From: Prevotellaceae bacterium
Lineage (GTDB): Bacteria; Bacteroidota; Bacteroidia; Bacteroidales; Paludibacteraceae
DNA: 35,043 nt
Direction: 5' to 3'
Assembly: GCA_031260925.1 (NCBI GenBank)
Contig: JAISKN010000157.1
Span: 1 to 35,043, forward strand
The position numbers and the translations under genes are program-made. Positions 27,377 through 35,043 of this stretch are shown here, one piece after another; position 1 is the first letter of the stretch, and each line of letters begins with the position of its first letter. The notes beneath the pieces were generated by a model. That model had not been told where the DNA came from. It did no database searches and saw only the letters and a program-made list of their open reading frames with translations.

Positions 27377-29275
27377 ATGAAACCAACAATTATTGACTTG
27401 CTCAATCAGAGCGTTGAAAAATTCTCCGAAAACCCTTTTTTATGGGAAAAAATTGGGGCGAATTGGGAGAAAACCACTTACAAACAGACCAAAAAGTATG
27501 CGGTAGATTTAGCCGCAGGATTAATTTCGCTCGGCGTGGAGTTTGGCGACAAAACCGCCCTGCTTTCCGAAGGCAGAAACGCTTGGATACTCGGCGAACT
27601 CGGCATTTTGTCCACCGGAGCGGTGAATGTGCCGCTCTCGATAAAACTCGAAGAGGGCAGCGACCTCGTTTTTCGCCTCACGCATTCTGAGGCAAAATAT
27701 ATTCTCGTTTCTGGCTCGCAACTCAAAAAAATTCGTGCTATTATGCCGCAAATCCCTGATATTAAGAATGTTATCATTTTTGACAAACAGGAATCTTATC
27801 AAGAAAAAGAGATTTTTATTGATGATGTGGTTGCTCTCGGCAAAAAACTGCTCGAAAAAGAGCCGTCTGTTGTGGAAAACCGCGCAAAATTAATCAAGCC
27901 CGATTCGCTGGCAAATATTTCCTACACCTCAGGCACAACCGCGATGCCCAAAGGCGTGATGCTCACGCACCGCAATTATACTGCAAATATTGAGCAGTGT
28001 TTTTCGCTGATTATTGTCCCCGAAAATTACAGAACGCTGCTGATTTTGCCGCTCGACCACTGCTTTGCGCACGTTGCGGGCTTTTACGGCTGGATGGCGT
28101 ATGGCGCGAGTGTCGGCACAGTGCAGAACGGCAAAACAGGAATGGAAACGTTAAAAAATATTCCGCTGAATATCAATGAGTTAAAGCCGAATATTTTGTT
28201 GAGCGTGCCTGCTTTGGCAAAAAATTTCCGCAAAAATATTGAGTCAAATATCAAGGCAAAAGGCAAATTTGTAAATGGTTTGTTCAATTTTGCAATGAAA
28301 ATTTCCTATTCTTACAACAAAGAGGGCAACAATCGCGGACAGGGTTTGACCATTTTTTATAAACCACTTTTGTGGCTTTTTGATAAAATTTTGTTTAACC
28401 AAATTCGTCAGGCTTTTGGCGGCGAACTCAAATTTTTCGTTGGCGGCGGCGCGTTGCTCGACATCGAACTGCAACGATTTTTCTACGCAATCGGCATTCC
28501 GATGTATCAGGGCTACGGACTTTCGGAGGCAACGCCGATTATTTCCGCTAACAGCGGCGACAGCCACAAACTCGGCTCGTCTGGACATATTGCGAAACCT
28601 ATGGAGTTGAAAATCTGCGACTTAGACGGAAAAGAATTGCCAAATTTCCAAAAAGGCGAAATCGTTATTCGCGGCGAAAATGTGATGGCGGGCTATTTTA
28701 AAAACGAGCAAGATACCGCCGAAACTATCAAAGACGGCTGGCTGCACACAGGCGATATGGGCTATGTTGATGACAGCGATTTTCTGTATGTTGTTGGGCG
28801 TTTCAAGAGCCTGCTGATTGCTGCTGACGGCGAAAAATACAGCCCCGAAGGCATCGAAGAGGCAATCTGTGACGGCTCGCGCTATGTTGAGCAGATAATT
28901 TTGCACAACAACCAAGACCCATACACAACGGCTCTGCTCGTGCCAAATAAAGAGGCGTTGAAGCACCACGTTGAGCGCAGCGGCTTGGACGGGAACAGCA
29001 TTGAGGGCAAAACTCGCGCCCTAAACCGCCTGCAACGCGAAATTGATGCCTACCGAAAAGGCGGCATTCATCAGGGAGAATTTCCTGAGCGTTGGCTGCC
29101 AACAGCAATAGCAGTGCTTGACGAGCCATTTACCGAGCAAAACGGCTTGGTAAATTCCACAATGAAAATCGTGCGCGGCAAAGTCGAAAAACGCTACGCT
29201 GACAGACTTGAAGAGTTGTATCTGGCTGAAAATAAGAACATTGTGAATGAGAAAAATATAAATGCTTTAAACTAA
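27377..29275 (+). CDS. Long-chain fatty acid--CoA ligase
   Basis: YTSGTTAMPKGVMLTH, YQGYGLSEA, GWLHTGDMG, VGRFK. Confidence 0.92.
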   Translation: MKPTIIDLLNQSVEKFSENPFLWEKIGANWEKTTYKQTKKYAVDLAAGLISLGVEFGDKTALLSEGRNAWILGELGILSTGAVNVPLSIKLEEGSDLVFRLTHSEAKYILVSGSQLKKIRAIMPQIPDIKNVIIFDKQESYQEKEIFIDDVVALGKKLLEKEPSVVENRAKLIKPDSLANISYTSGTTAMPKGVMLTHRNYTANIEQCFSLIIVPENYRTLLILPLDHCFAHVAGFYGWMAYGASVGTVQNGKTGMETLKNIPLNINELKPNILLSVPALAKNFRKNIESNIKAKGKFVNGLFNFAMKISYSYNKEGNNRGQGLTIFYKPLLWLFDKILFNQIRQAFGGELKFFVGGGALLDIELQRFFYAIGIPMYQGYGLSEATPIISANSGDSHKLGSSGHIAKPMELKICDLDGKELPNFQKGEIVIRGENVMAGYFKNEQDTAETIKDGWLHTGDMGYVDDSDFLYVVGRFKSLLIAADGEKYSPEGIEEAICDGSRYVEQIILHNNQDPYTTALLVPNKEALKHHVERSGLDGNSIEGKTRALNRLQREIDAYRKGGIHQGEFPERWLPTAIAVLDEPFTEQNGLVNSTMKIVRGKVEKRYADRLEELYLAENKNIVNEKNINALN

Positions 29276-29279
29276 AAAA

Positions 29280-29882
29280 ATGCAATATTTAACAAGAACG
29301 GATTTAATTATGCCTGAATACGGGCGTAATATTCAAAAAATGGTGGAACACGCCGTTTCAATTGAAGACCGACAGGAGCGTACCGAATGTGCGCAGTCGA
29401 TTATTAACGTTATGGGCAGTATGTTTCCATATCTGCGTGATGTTGAGGGCTTTAAGTTCAAACTTTGGGACCATTTGGCGATTATGTCGAAGTTCAAACT
29501 TGACATTGATTACCCTTTTGACGTGATAAAAAGCGAGAATTTGGCGCAAAAACCCGCGAAAATTCCGTACACCGCCAAAAAAATGCACTATCTGCATTAT
29601 GGCGCGACAGTAGAACGTTTTATAAAATCTGCCTGCGCAATGTCCGAAGGCGAAGAACGCGCCGAACTTACCGCTTCAATCGCTAACTATATGAAAAAGA
29701 GCCTGTTAGCGTGGAATAAAGAAATCGCAACCGACAACAAAGTGATTGACGATTTGTGTTATTTGTCGAAAGGGAAAATCGCGCTCAACGCAGACGAACA
29801 CCGTTTTATCAGTTCAGATGAACTGAATCAAAACCGCAAAAGGAACAATAACAACAAAAGAAAATTAAAAATTAAAAGATAA
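29280..29882 (+). CDS. DUF4290 family protein
   Basis: MPEYGRNIQKMV, KLWDHLAIMS.FKLDIDYP, IANYMKK...WNK. Confidence 0.85.
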   Translation: MQYLTRTDLIMPEYGRNIQKMVEHAVSIEDRQERTECAQSIINVMGSMFPYLRDVEGFKFKLWDHLAIMSKFKLDIDYPFDVIKSENLAQKPAKIPYTAKKMHYLHYGATVERFIKSACAMSEGEERAELTASIANYMKKSLLAWNKEIATDNKVIDDLCYLSKGKIALNADEHRFISSDELNQNRKRNNNNKRKLKIKR

Positions 29883-29959
29883 TAAATAAAAGATAATAAA
29901 TAAAAGATAAAAAATAAAAGTTAAGGGTGATTGTTGTTTAAACTGTTAGTTTTTAGTTT

Positions 29960-30427
29960 TTAACTTTTAGTTATTAGTTGATAATCAGGTATATCTTCCG
30001 AAAAAAGATACCGTTTTTGTTCTAAATCTACTTTGCAAAAAAAGTGATTAAGTCCGTTGCTCACAAGCAGATACGGCACATTGAGTTGAAGGTTATAAAC
30101 GGCGATTTGGTCAAAAACTTTTTGAGAAATTTCAATTTGAGGCTGTTTGTATTCACATATAACCAAAGGTTTAAATTTGTTATCGTAAATCACTGTGTCG
30201 CAGCGTTTTGACAGTTTATTATACTTTATAGAACATTCATTTGAAATTTTGTTTTGCGGAAAATTCAGCGATGAAATCAGGTGTTTTACAACATTCTGGC
30301 GCACCCATTCTTCTGGCGTGAGTGCAACAAAAATATTTCTAATTGGGTCGAAAATCTTGTAATTTTCGTCTTCAAAACGAATTTTAAACTGATATTCAGG
30401 TAAATTTAATTTTGGTAATTCAGCCAT
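29960..30427 (-). CDS. HsdR N-terminal-like stand-alone PD-(D/E)XK protein
   Basis: LNLP.Y, IFDPIR..FVALTPEEWVRQ, KRCD.V...CEYK, FDQIAVYN, SNGL.H. Confidence 0.85.
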   Translation of the reverse strand: MAELPKLNLPEYQFKIRFEDENYKIFDPIRNIFVALTPEEWVRQNVVKHLISSLNFPQNKISNECSIKYNKLSKRCDTVIYDNKFKPLVICEYKQPQIEISQKVFDQIAVYNLQLNVPYLLVSNGLNHFFCKVDLEQKRYLFSEDIPDYQLITKS

Positions 30428-30434
30428 TTTTTTG

Positions 30435-30454
30435 TAATTTTGAGCGCAAAGTTA
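30435..30454. promoter_or_regulatory. Face-to-face -7 boxes: TAATTTTG (+, 30435-30442) and TAACTTTG (-, 30447-30454)
   Basis: Both match TAnnTTTG within the 49-bp divergent gap. Confidence 0.6.
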
Positions 30455-30476
30455 ATTATTTTTTATAATAAAACAA

Positions 30477-31082
30477 ATGAAAAATCAAAAATACCCTATA
30501 TTTTTTTGCATTTATACCATAATGCTTTTGTCTGTTTCTTTTTATTTTGCAAGAGATAAGGCGACTTTTTGGTTGGAAGTGCTGCCTGTATTATTGATAT
30601 TTCCTATTCTGTTTTTTACCTATCATAAATTTCAATTTACAAAACTTGCGTATGCGCTGCTTTGCATTCACTTTTTGATATTGTGTATTGGCGGCATATA
30701 CACTTATGCCGAAGTTCCATTAGGTTTTTGGCTGCAAGATTGGTTTGGATTTACTCGGAATAATTACGATAAAATTGGGCATTTTGTGCAAGGTTTTGTT
30801 CCTGCTATTTTAGTGCGCGAAATGTTATTGCGTACTTCGCCTTTGCGTAGCGGAAAATGGCTTGCGTTCATTACAGTTTCTATTTGTTTAGCAATAAGTG
30901 CGTTGTATGAAATATTTGAATGGAGTGTTAGCATAATCAGAGGCGAATCTGCTGAGGCGTTTCTTGGTATGCAGGGTTATGAATGGGACACGCAATCTGA
31001 TATGTTATTTGCTTTGGTTGGTGCAATAGTTGCATTAATTGCTTTGACGAGAATACATAATAGAATATTGTCTAATAAATAA
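30477..31082 (+). CDS. DUF2238 (E. coli YjdF-like) inner membrane protein
   Basis: GGIYTYAEVPLG, RNNYDKIGHFVQGFVPA, YEIFEW, FLGMQGYEWDTQSDM. Confidence 0.88.
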   Translation: MKNQKYPIFFCIYTIMLLSVSFYFARDKATFWLEVLPVLLIFPILFFTYHKFQFTKLAYALLCIHFLILCIGGIYTYAEVPLGFWLQDWFGFTRNNYDKIGHFVQGFVPAILVREMLLRTSPLRSGKWLAFITVSICLAISALYEIFEWSVSIIRGESAEAFLGMQGYEWDTQSDMLFALVGAIVALIALTRIHNRILSNK

Positions 31083-31137
31083 TTTTGAGAAATTACAAAA
31101 ATCTAAAATCGTAAATCTAAAATCGTAAATTAATTTT

Positions 31138-32181
31138 ATGGCAAAAGCAGAAAATAAAAAAAGTTTTGAGCAAATTCTAAAAGATTTGAAAGCGAAACAA
31201 TATGCACCTGTCTATTTTTTAATGGGTGAGGAAGCATATTATATTGACAAAATCGCCGATTTCATCGAAAAAAACGTACTTTCAGACGAGGAAAAAGATA
31301 TGAATTTGTCGATTTTTCACGGCAAAGATTCAAAAATTGAAGATGTGCTTATGGCTGCAAAGCAACTTCCAATGATGGCTGATTATCAGGTAGTTATTGC
31401 CAAAGAGGCGCAGCATTACGAAAAAACTATTGACAAAATCGAATTTTATGTAAAAAATCCCGCGCCTTCCACAATTTTGGTTTTTTGTTATAAATATAAG
31501 AAACTTGATGCGCGAAAAAAATATGTGAAAGAGATTGATAATCAGGGAGTTTTGTTTGAGACAGGCGTGATTTACGATAATCAACTGCCGAAATTTATCA
31601 AAGATTATTGTGCCGAAATCAACGTAAAAATTGAGGAAAAAGCCGTTGGAATGCTTGTAGAATATATTGGCGTAGATTTGGCAAGAATGACGGGCGAAAT
31701 AGATAAACTGCTCATTATCAAGCCAGAAGGCGCAAATACTATCACCTCAGATTTGGTTTATAAAAACATCGGCATCAGCAAAGATTACAACGCTTTTGAA
31801 CTTGCGCGCGCTTTGGGCGTAAAAGACGTTTTGCTCGCTAACCGCATTGTTGATTATTTCGGCAAAAATCCCAAAGAATTTGCGATGCCGCCAACTTTAA
31901 CCACACTTTTCAACTATTTTGAGAAAATTCTTTTGTATAATTCTCTCGAAAACAAGAGCGATATTGAAATTCAGAGCGTTATCGGCGTTCACCCTTTTGT
32001 ATTCAGAAAAGATTATTTGGCTGCCGTCAGAAATTACAGCACAGGCAAAATCTGCAATATAATCGGCTTTATCCGCACTGCCGATGTCAGAAGTAAAGGC
32101 TTTGGCTTTGCTTCCGCCGACAGCGCAGAAGAGAAAAACTATCAAATCCTTAAAGAATTGGTTTTCAGGATTTTGCATTGA
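31138..32181 (+). CDS. holA: DNA polymerase III delta subunit
   Basis: YAPVYFLMGEEAYYID, PMMADYQVVIAKEAQ, IGISKDYNAFEL, D.RSKG. Confidence 0.92.
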   Translation: MAKAENKKSFEQILKDLKAKQYAPVYFLMGEEAYYIDKIADFIEKNVLSDEEKDMNLSIFHGKDSKIEDVLMAAKQLPMMADYQVVIAKEAQHYEKTIDKIEFYVKNPAPSTILVFCYKYKKLDARKKYVKEIDNQGVLFETGVIYDNQLPKFIKDYCAEINVKIEEKAVGMLVEYIGVDLARMTGEIDKLLIIKPEGANTITSDLVYKNIGISKDYNAFELARALGVKDVLLANRIVDYFGKNPKEFAMPPTLTTLFNYFEKILLYNSLENKSDIEIQSVIGVHPFVFRKDYLAAVRNYSTGKICNIIGFIRTADVRSKGFGFASADSAEEKNYQILKELVFRILH

Positions 32182-32183
32182 TA

Positions 32184-32284
32184 TTTTAGCACGGATTTTC
32201 ACAGATAAAATCATAATAAACGCAGATAATCAATAAAAGTTATCTGCGTTTATCAGTCTAATCTGTGTCATCTGTGTGCTAAAA
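32184..32284. terminator. 9-mer-family palindrome between convergent holA and plsC, possible bidirectional terminator
   Basis: TTTTAGCAC / GTGCTAAAA outer arms; perfect 14-bp inner IR (32216-32229 / 32240-32253); contains the plsC stop codon. Confidence 0.6.
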
Positions 32285-33004
32285 ACCTGCAATCACAGCA
32301 TCTCTTGCCTTTGCGATATATTCTTCCATATTTTCGTCATTCAGCCCGCTGCAATCAATCTCTTTGTGGATTGTGGCGGTAATTGTGCAGGGCTTAATGT
32401 AATATTGCCCGCGCGGCATTGCCTCAAACGCGCCGTCAATGGTAATCGGCACAAGCGGCAGTTTCAAATCTTCGGCGAGTTTGAACGCGCCGCGCTTAAA
32501 TCTGCCAACGTCCCCTGTCCAAGTGCGGCTGCCTTCGGGAAAAATCACGAGCGATGCGCCATTTTTCAACCGTTCTTCCGCCACTTGAAGGCTGTTTTTC
32601 GTTTTCAAAGGGCTGCTCCTGTCAATAAAAATGTGTCCTGCTTTGTGGCAAGCGTAACCGACAAATGGAATTTTGCGCAGCGAATTTTTCATCATCCACT
32701 TAAAACGGTTGTTTAACCAGCCATAAACCACAAAAACATCGTAAATACTTTGATGATTTGCCACAAAAATGTACGATTTTTTTGCAGAATAATTCTCTTT
32801 TCCGTGGATTTTTACACGAATAAAGGCGAGATAACACGCCATTTTTGCCCAAATTTTCGCAGGAAAATAACACCAGCGATAATCGCCGATAAACGAGAAA
32901 ATAATCGTCAAAACCGCCGTAATCACCGTTAAAATTGACATTATCGGCAAAAAAACAAGTGCCAAATATAGCGCAAAAATCGGGTTAATTTTTCTTTTGT
33001 TCAT
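32279..33004 (-). CDS. plsC: 1-acyl-sn-glycerol-3-phosphate acyltransferase
   Basis: NHQSIYD (HX4D), FIDR, IFPEGSR, FKRGAF, LVPITI. Confidence 0.9.
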   Translation of the reverse strand: MNKRKINPIFALYLALVFLPIMSILTVITAVLTIIFSFIGDYRWCYFPAKIWAKMACYLAFIRVKIHGKENYSAKKSYIFVANHQSIYDVFVVYGWLNNRFKWMMKNSLRKIPFVGYACHKAGHIFIDRSSPLKTKNSLQVAEERLKNGASLVIFPEGSRTWTGDVGRFKRGAFKLAEDLKLPLVPITIDGAFEAMPRGQYYIKPCTITATIHKEIDCSGLNDENMEEYIAKARDAVIAGF

Positions 33005-33037
33005 AAATTATACGATAGATTTAAACTTTTCAAGGTG

Positions 33038-33133
33038 CAAAATTAATATTTTTTTTTGAACAAAGAGCAAAGAATAATGAATAAAGACACGAAATTTTTT
33101 ATTTTGTTAATTCTTACTTTTTTTGTAATTTTG
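33038..33133. promoter_or_regulatory. Divergent promoters: -7 box for plsC (-, 33038-33045) and TTTG-N19-TAATTTTG for rfbD (+, 33103-33133)
   Basis: Matches to the Bacteroidota sigma-70 consensus. Confidence 0.65.
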
Positions 33134-33145
33134 CGAAATATAATA

Positions 33146-33230
33146 TTTAGGCACTAATGCACTGATTTTTTTGTTTAAATTTTGCAAAATTTATCATTAA
33201 TTTGTGTTTTATTCGTGCATTCGTGGCTAA
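33146..33230. repeat. Degenerate GCCACGAAT-type palindrome in the rfbD leader
   Basis: TTTAGGCACTAATGCAC vs GTGCATTCGTGGCTAAA. Confidence 0.6.
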
Positions 33231-33250
33231 AATTTAATCTAAATAAAAAA

Positions 33251-34102
33251 ATGAAAATACTCGTAACAGGCTCATACGGACAACTCGGCAATGAAATTCG
33301 CGTTGCATTGCAGCAATTTCCTGACACTGAGGTAATTATGACTGATGTTGATACGCTTGATATTTGCAATAAAAATGCCGTTGAGCGTTTTTTTGAGCAA
33401 AATAAGCCCGATTTCATCGTAAATTGCGCTGCTTACACCGCCGTTGATAAAGCGGAAAATGATGTTGATTTGTGCTATAAAATCAATCGTGATGCGGTGG
33501 AAAATTTGGCAAAATCGGCAGCGAAAATCGGTGCGAAAATTGTGCATATTTCCACCGATTATGTGTTTGACGGAACGGCGAATGTGCCATACTCCGAAGA
33601 CGTAAAAGTCTGTCCTAAAAGCATTTACGGAAAATCAAAAGCGGCAGGCGAAGAAGTTTTAATGGAAAATAATGGACAAAATTCAATAATAATTCGCACG
33701 GCTTGGCTCTATTCTATTTTTGGAAATAATTTTGTGAAAACAATGTTGCGTTTGGGAGCGGAAAAAGAGCAGATTTCGGTGGTTTTTGACCAAATTGGCA
33801 CGCCTACAAACGCCGCAGATTTGGCTAAAGCGATTGTTGAGATAATTCACACAAAAACTTTTGTATCAGGCATTTATCATTTTTCAAACGAAGGCGTTTG
33901 TTCGTGGTATGACTTCACAAAAGCGATTTTTGACATAAAAAAATACGACTGCAAATTGCTGCCAATCGAAAGTTCGCAATACCCTGTTCCTGCGCCGCGA
34001 CCGAGTTTCAGCGTGCTGAACAAGGCAAAAATCAAGTCCGTTTTTGGCATCGAAATTCCGCATTGGCACGATTCTTTATTGAAAATGACTGAAAAGAACT
34101 AA
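33251..34102 (+). CDS. rfbD: dTDP-4-dehydrorhamnose reductase
   Basis: MKILVTGSYGQLG, NCAAYTAVDKAE, HISTDYVFDG, YGKSK, DQIGTPT, RPSFSVL. Confidence 0.95.
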   Translation: MKILVTGSYGQLGNEIRVALQQFPDTEVIMTDVDTLDICNKNAVERFFEQNKPDFIVNCAAYTAVDKAENDVDLCYKINRDAVENLAKSAAKIGAKIVHISTDYVFDGTANVPYSEDVKVCPKSIYGKSKAAGEEVLMENNGQNSIIIRTAWLYSIFGNNFVKTMLRLGAEKEQISVVFDQIGTPTNAADLAKAIVEIIHTKTFVSGIYHFSNEGVCSWYDFTKAIFDIKKYDCKLLPIESSQYPVPAPRPSFSVLNKAKIKSVFGIEIPHWHDSLLKMTEKN

Positions 34103-34129
34103 AAAATAACAACTAAAAACTAAAAAAAT

Positions 34130-34210
34130 GTGTCATTCCCGCGAAGGCGGGAATCCCCTATTTTCAAAGAAATTATTTGCAGGAGATTCCCGCCTTCGCG
34201 GGAATGACAC
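34130..34210. repeat. Third dRS3-like double hairpin
   Basis: GTCATTCCCGCGAAGGCGGGAATC ... GATTCCCGCCTTCGCGGGAATGAC, with a different spacer. Confidence 0.9.
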
Positions 34211-34228
34211 GGAGAAAAATATTGAAAT

Positions 34229-34798
34229 ATGTTAGAAAATTACAAAATAATACTCGGCTCGCAATCGCCGCGCAGGCAGGAACTTTTAAAAGGTTTGGAC
34301 ATTGATTTTGAAGTGAAAAAAATTGATGTTGAAGAAACTTATCCACCTGATTTACAGATAGATAAAGTGCCTGAATATTTGGCGAAACAGAAATCAGACG
34401 CATACAAAAGTTTTTTAGACGAAAATACGATTTTAATTACCGCAGATACGATTGTTGTACTTGATAATCAAGCATTTGGCAAGCCAAAAGACTATTCAGA
34501 TGCGTTTTTGATGCTCAAAAAACTTGCGGGCAAAACGCACGAAGTTATCACAGGCGTTTGCATTACAACAAAGCAGCGGCAAGAGGTGTTTTCTGTGGTT
34601 ACAAAAGTAACATTTTCGCCGCTTTCTGACGATGAAATCGGCTATTATTTAACCAAATACGCGCCTTATGACAAAGCAGGCAGTTACGGCATTCAAGAGT
34701 GGGTCGGCTTTGTGGGCGTGGAAAAAATCGAAGGATCATTTTACAACGTAATGGGCTTGCCAATTCAAAAAATTTATCAAGAATTAAAGAAATTTTAA
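34229..34798 (+). CDS. maf: Maf family nucleotide pyrophosphatase
   Basis: ILGSQSPRRQELL, TADTIV, GKP, DKAGSYGIQ, GSFYNVMGLP. Confidence 0.94.
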   Translation: MLENYKIILGSQSPRRQELLKGLDIDFEVKKIDVEETYPPDLQIDKVPEYLAKQKSDAYKSFLDENTILITADTIVVLDNQAFGKPKDYSDAFLMLKKLAGKTHEVITGVCITTKQRQEVFSVVTKVTFSPLSDDEIGYYLTKYAPYDKAGSYGIQEWVGFVGVEKIEGSFYNVMGLPIQKIYQELKKF

Positions 34799-34802
34799 TG
34801 TA

Positions 34803-35022
34803 TTTTGCCACGAATACACTAATAAAATACAAAATAATAATAAGTTGTTATAAAGAATTAATCTTATATTTTTTATCTGGATTGCTTCGGAATTACTCAC
34901 GACTAAAAGGAGTAAATACCTCGCAATGACGACAAATGCTGTCCGTCATTGCGAGCGAAGCGAAGCAATCCAGAAATATTACATAAAATATTTAAATTGT
35001 TTATAGTATATTCGCGGCAAAA
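34803..35022. repeat. Nested palindrome: GCCACGAAT-type outer IR around a GTCATTGCGAG/GCAATC (RPE-like) double hairpin
   Basis: Outer IR 17/19 (34803-34821 / 35004-35022); inner element 34876-34974. Confidence 0.88.
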
Positions 35023-35043
35023 AAAAAAAAAAAATCAATACAA

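Noticed and set aside
29960-30427. Type I R-M system suggested by the HsdR_N-like gene
   Set aside because: It is a stand-alone 155-aa domain with no helicase, hsdM or hsdS, and is a common Bacteroidota gene near holA.
18765-31082. Co-occurrence of YjdF-, YjdI- and YjdJ-like genes as one system
   Set aside because: The DUF2238 gene is 11 kb from the pair, and the link is only E. coli naming.
32276-32716. 146-aa plus-strand ORF and other antisense ORFs inside long genes
   Set aside because: They are antisense shadows of well-supported genes (here plsC) with no motifs.
33182-33250. Upstream TTG starts for rfbD (and 16492 for def)
   Set aside because: Family N-termini begin at ATG 33251 and ATG 16513, and the rfbD extension is repeat-derived.
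34699-34929. 76-aa ORF ending in the palindrome
   Set aside because: It overlaps maf out of frame and runs through repeat DNA; no recognisable protein.
35019-35034. A16 homopolymer as a phase-variation tract
   Set aside because: It is at the window edge with no downstream context and may be a sequencing artefact.

Overview
AT-rich chromosomal window from a Bacteroidota organism, probably Bacteroidales. The basis is a susC/susD pair, TTTG-N19-TAnnTTTG promoters, no Shine-Dalgarno motifs, and Bacteroidota-type rpoZ and DUF4290 genes. Left to right it holds: (1) a secreted multi-module carbohydrate-binding protein on the minus strand (1-2046, runs off the edge, missing from the ORF track); (2) a beta-mannan-type PUL (GH5 mannanase, CE7 esterase, SusC, SusD, three IPT/TIG lipoproteins); (3) housekeeping genes (def, a Bacilli-like purA, YjdI/YjdJ-like pair, trkA, bamD, rpoZ, MBL hydrolase); (4) a type II R-M locus (N4-C MTase, small acidic ORF, TdeIII/MjaII-family REase) with a flanking direct repeat and a possible REase relic; (5) acyl-CoA ligase, DUF4290, HsdR_N-like, DUF2238, holA, plsC, rfbD and maf. 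The most striking signal is non-coding. Almost every intergenic gap holds fold-back 7/8-mer tandem arrays or REP/dRS3/MITE-like palindromes from several distinct families, often nested 2-4 levels deep, with no transposase gene in the window. GATC is almost absent (1 found by eye). No rRNA, tRNA or CRISPR was seen. All family assignments come from motif recognition, not database searches.
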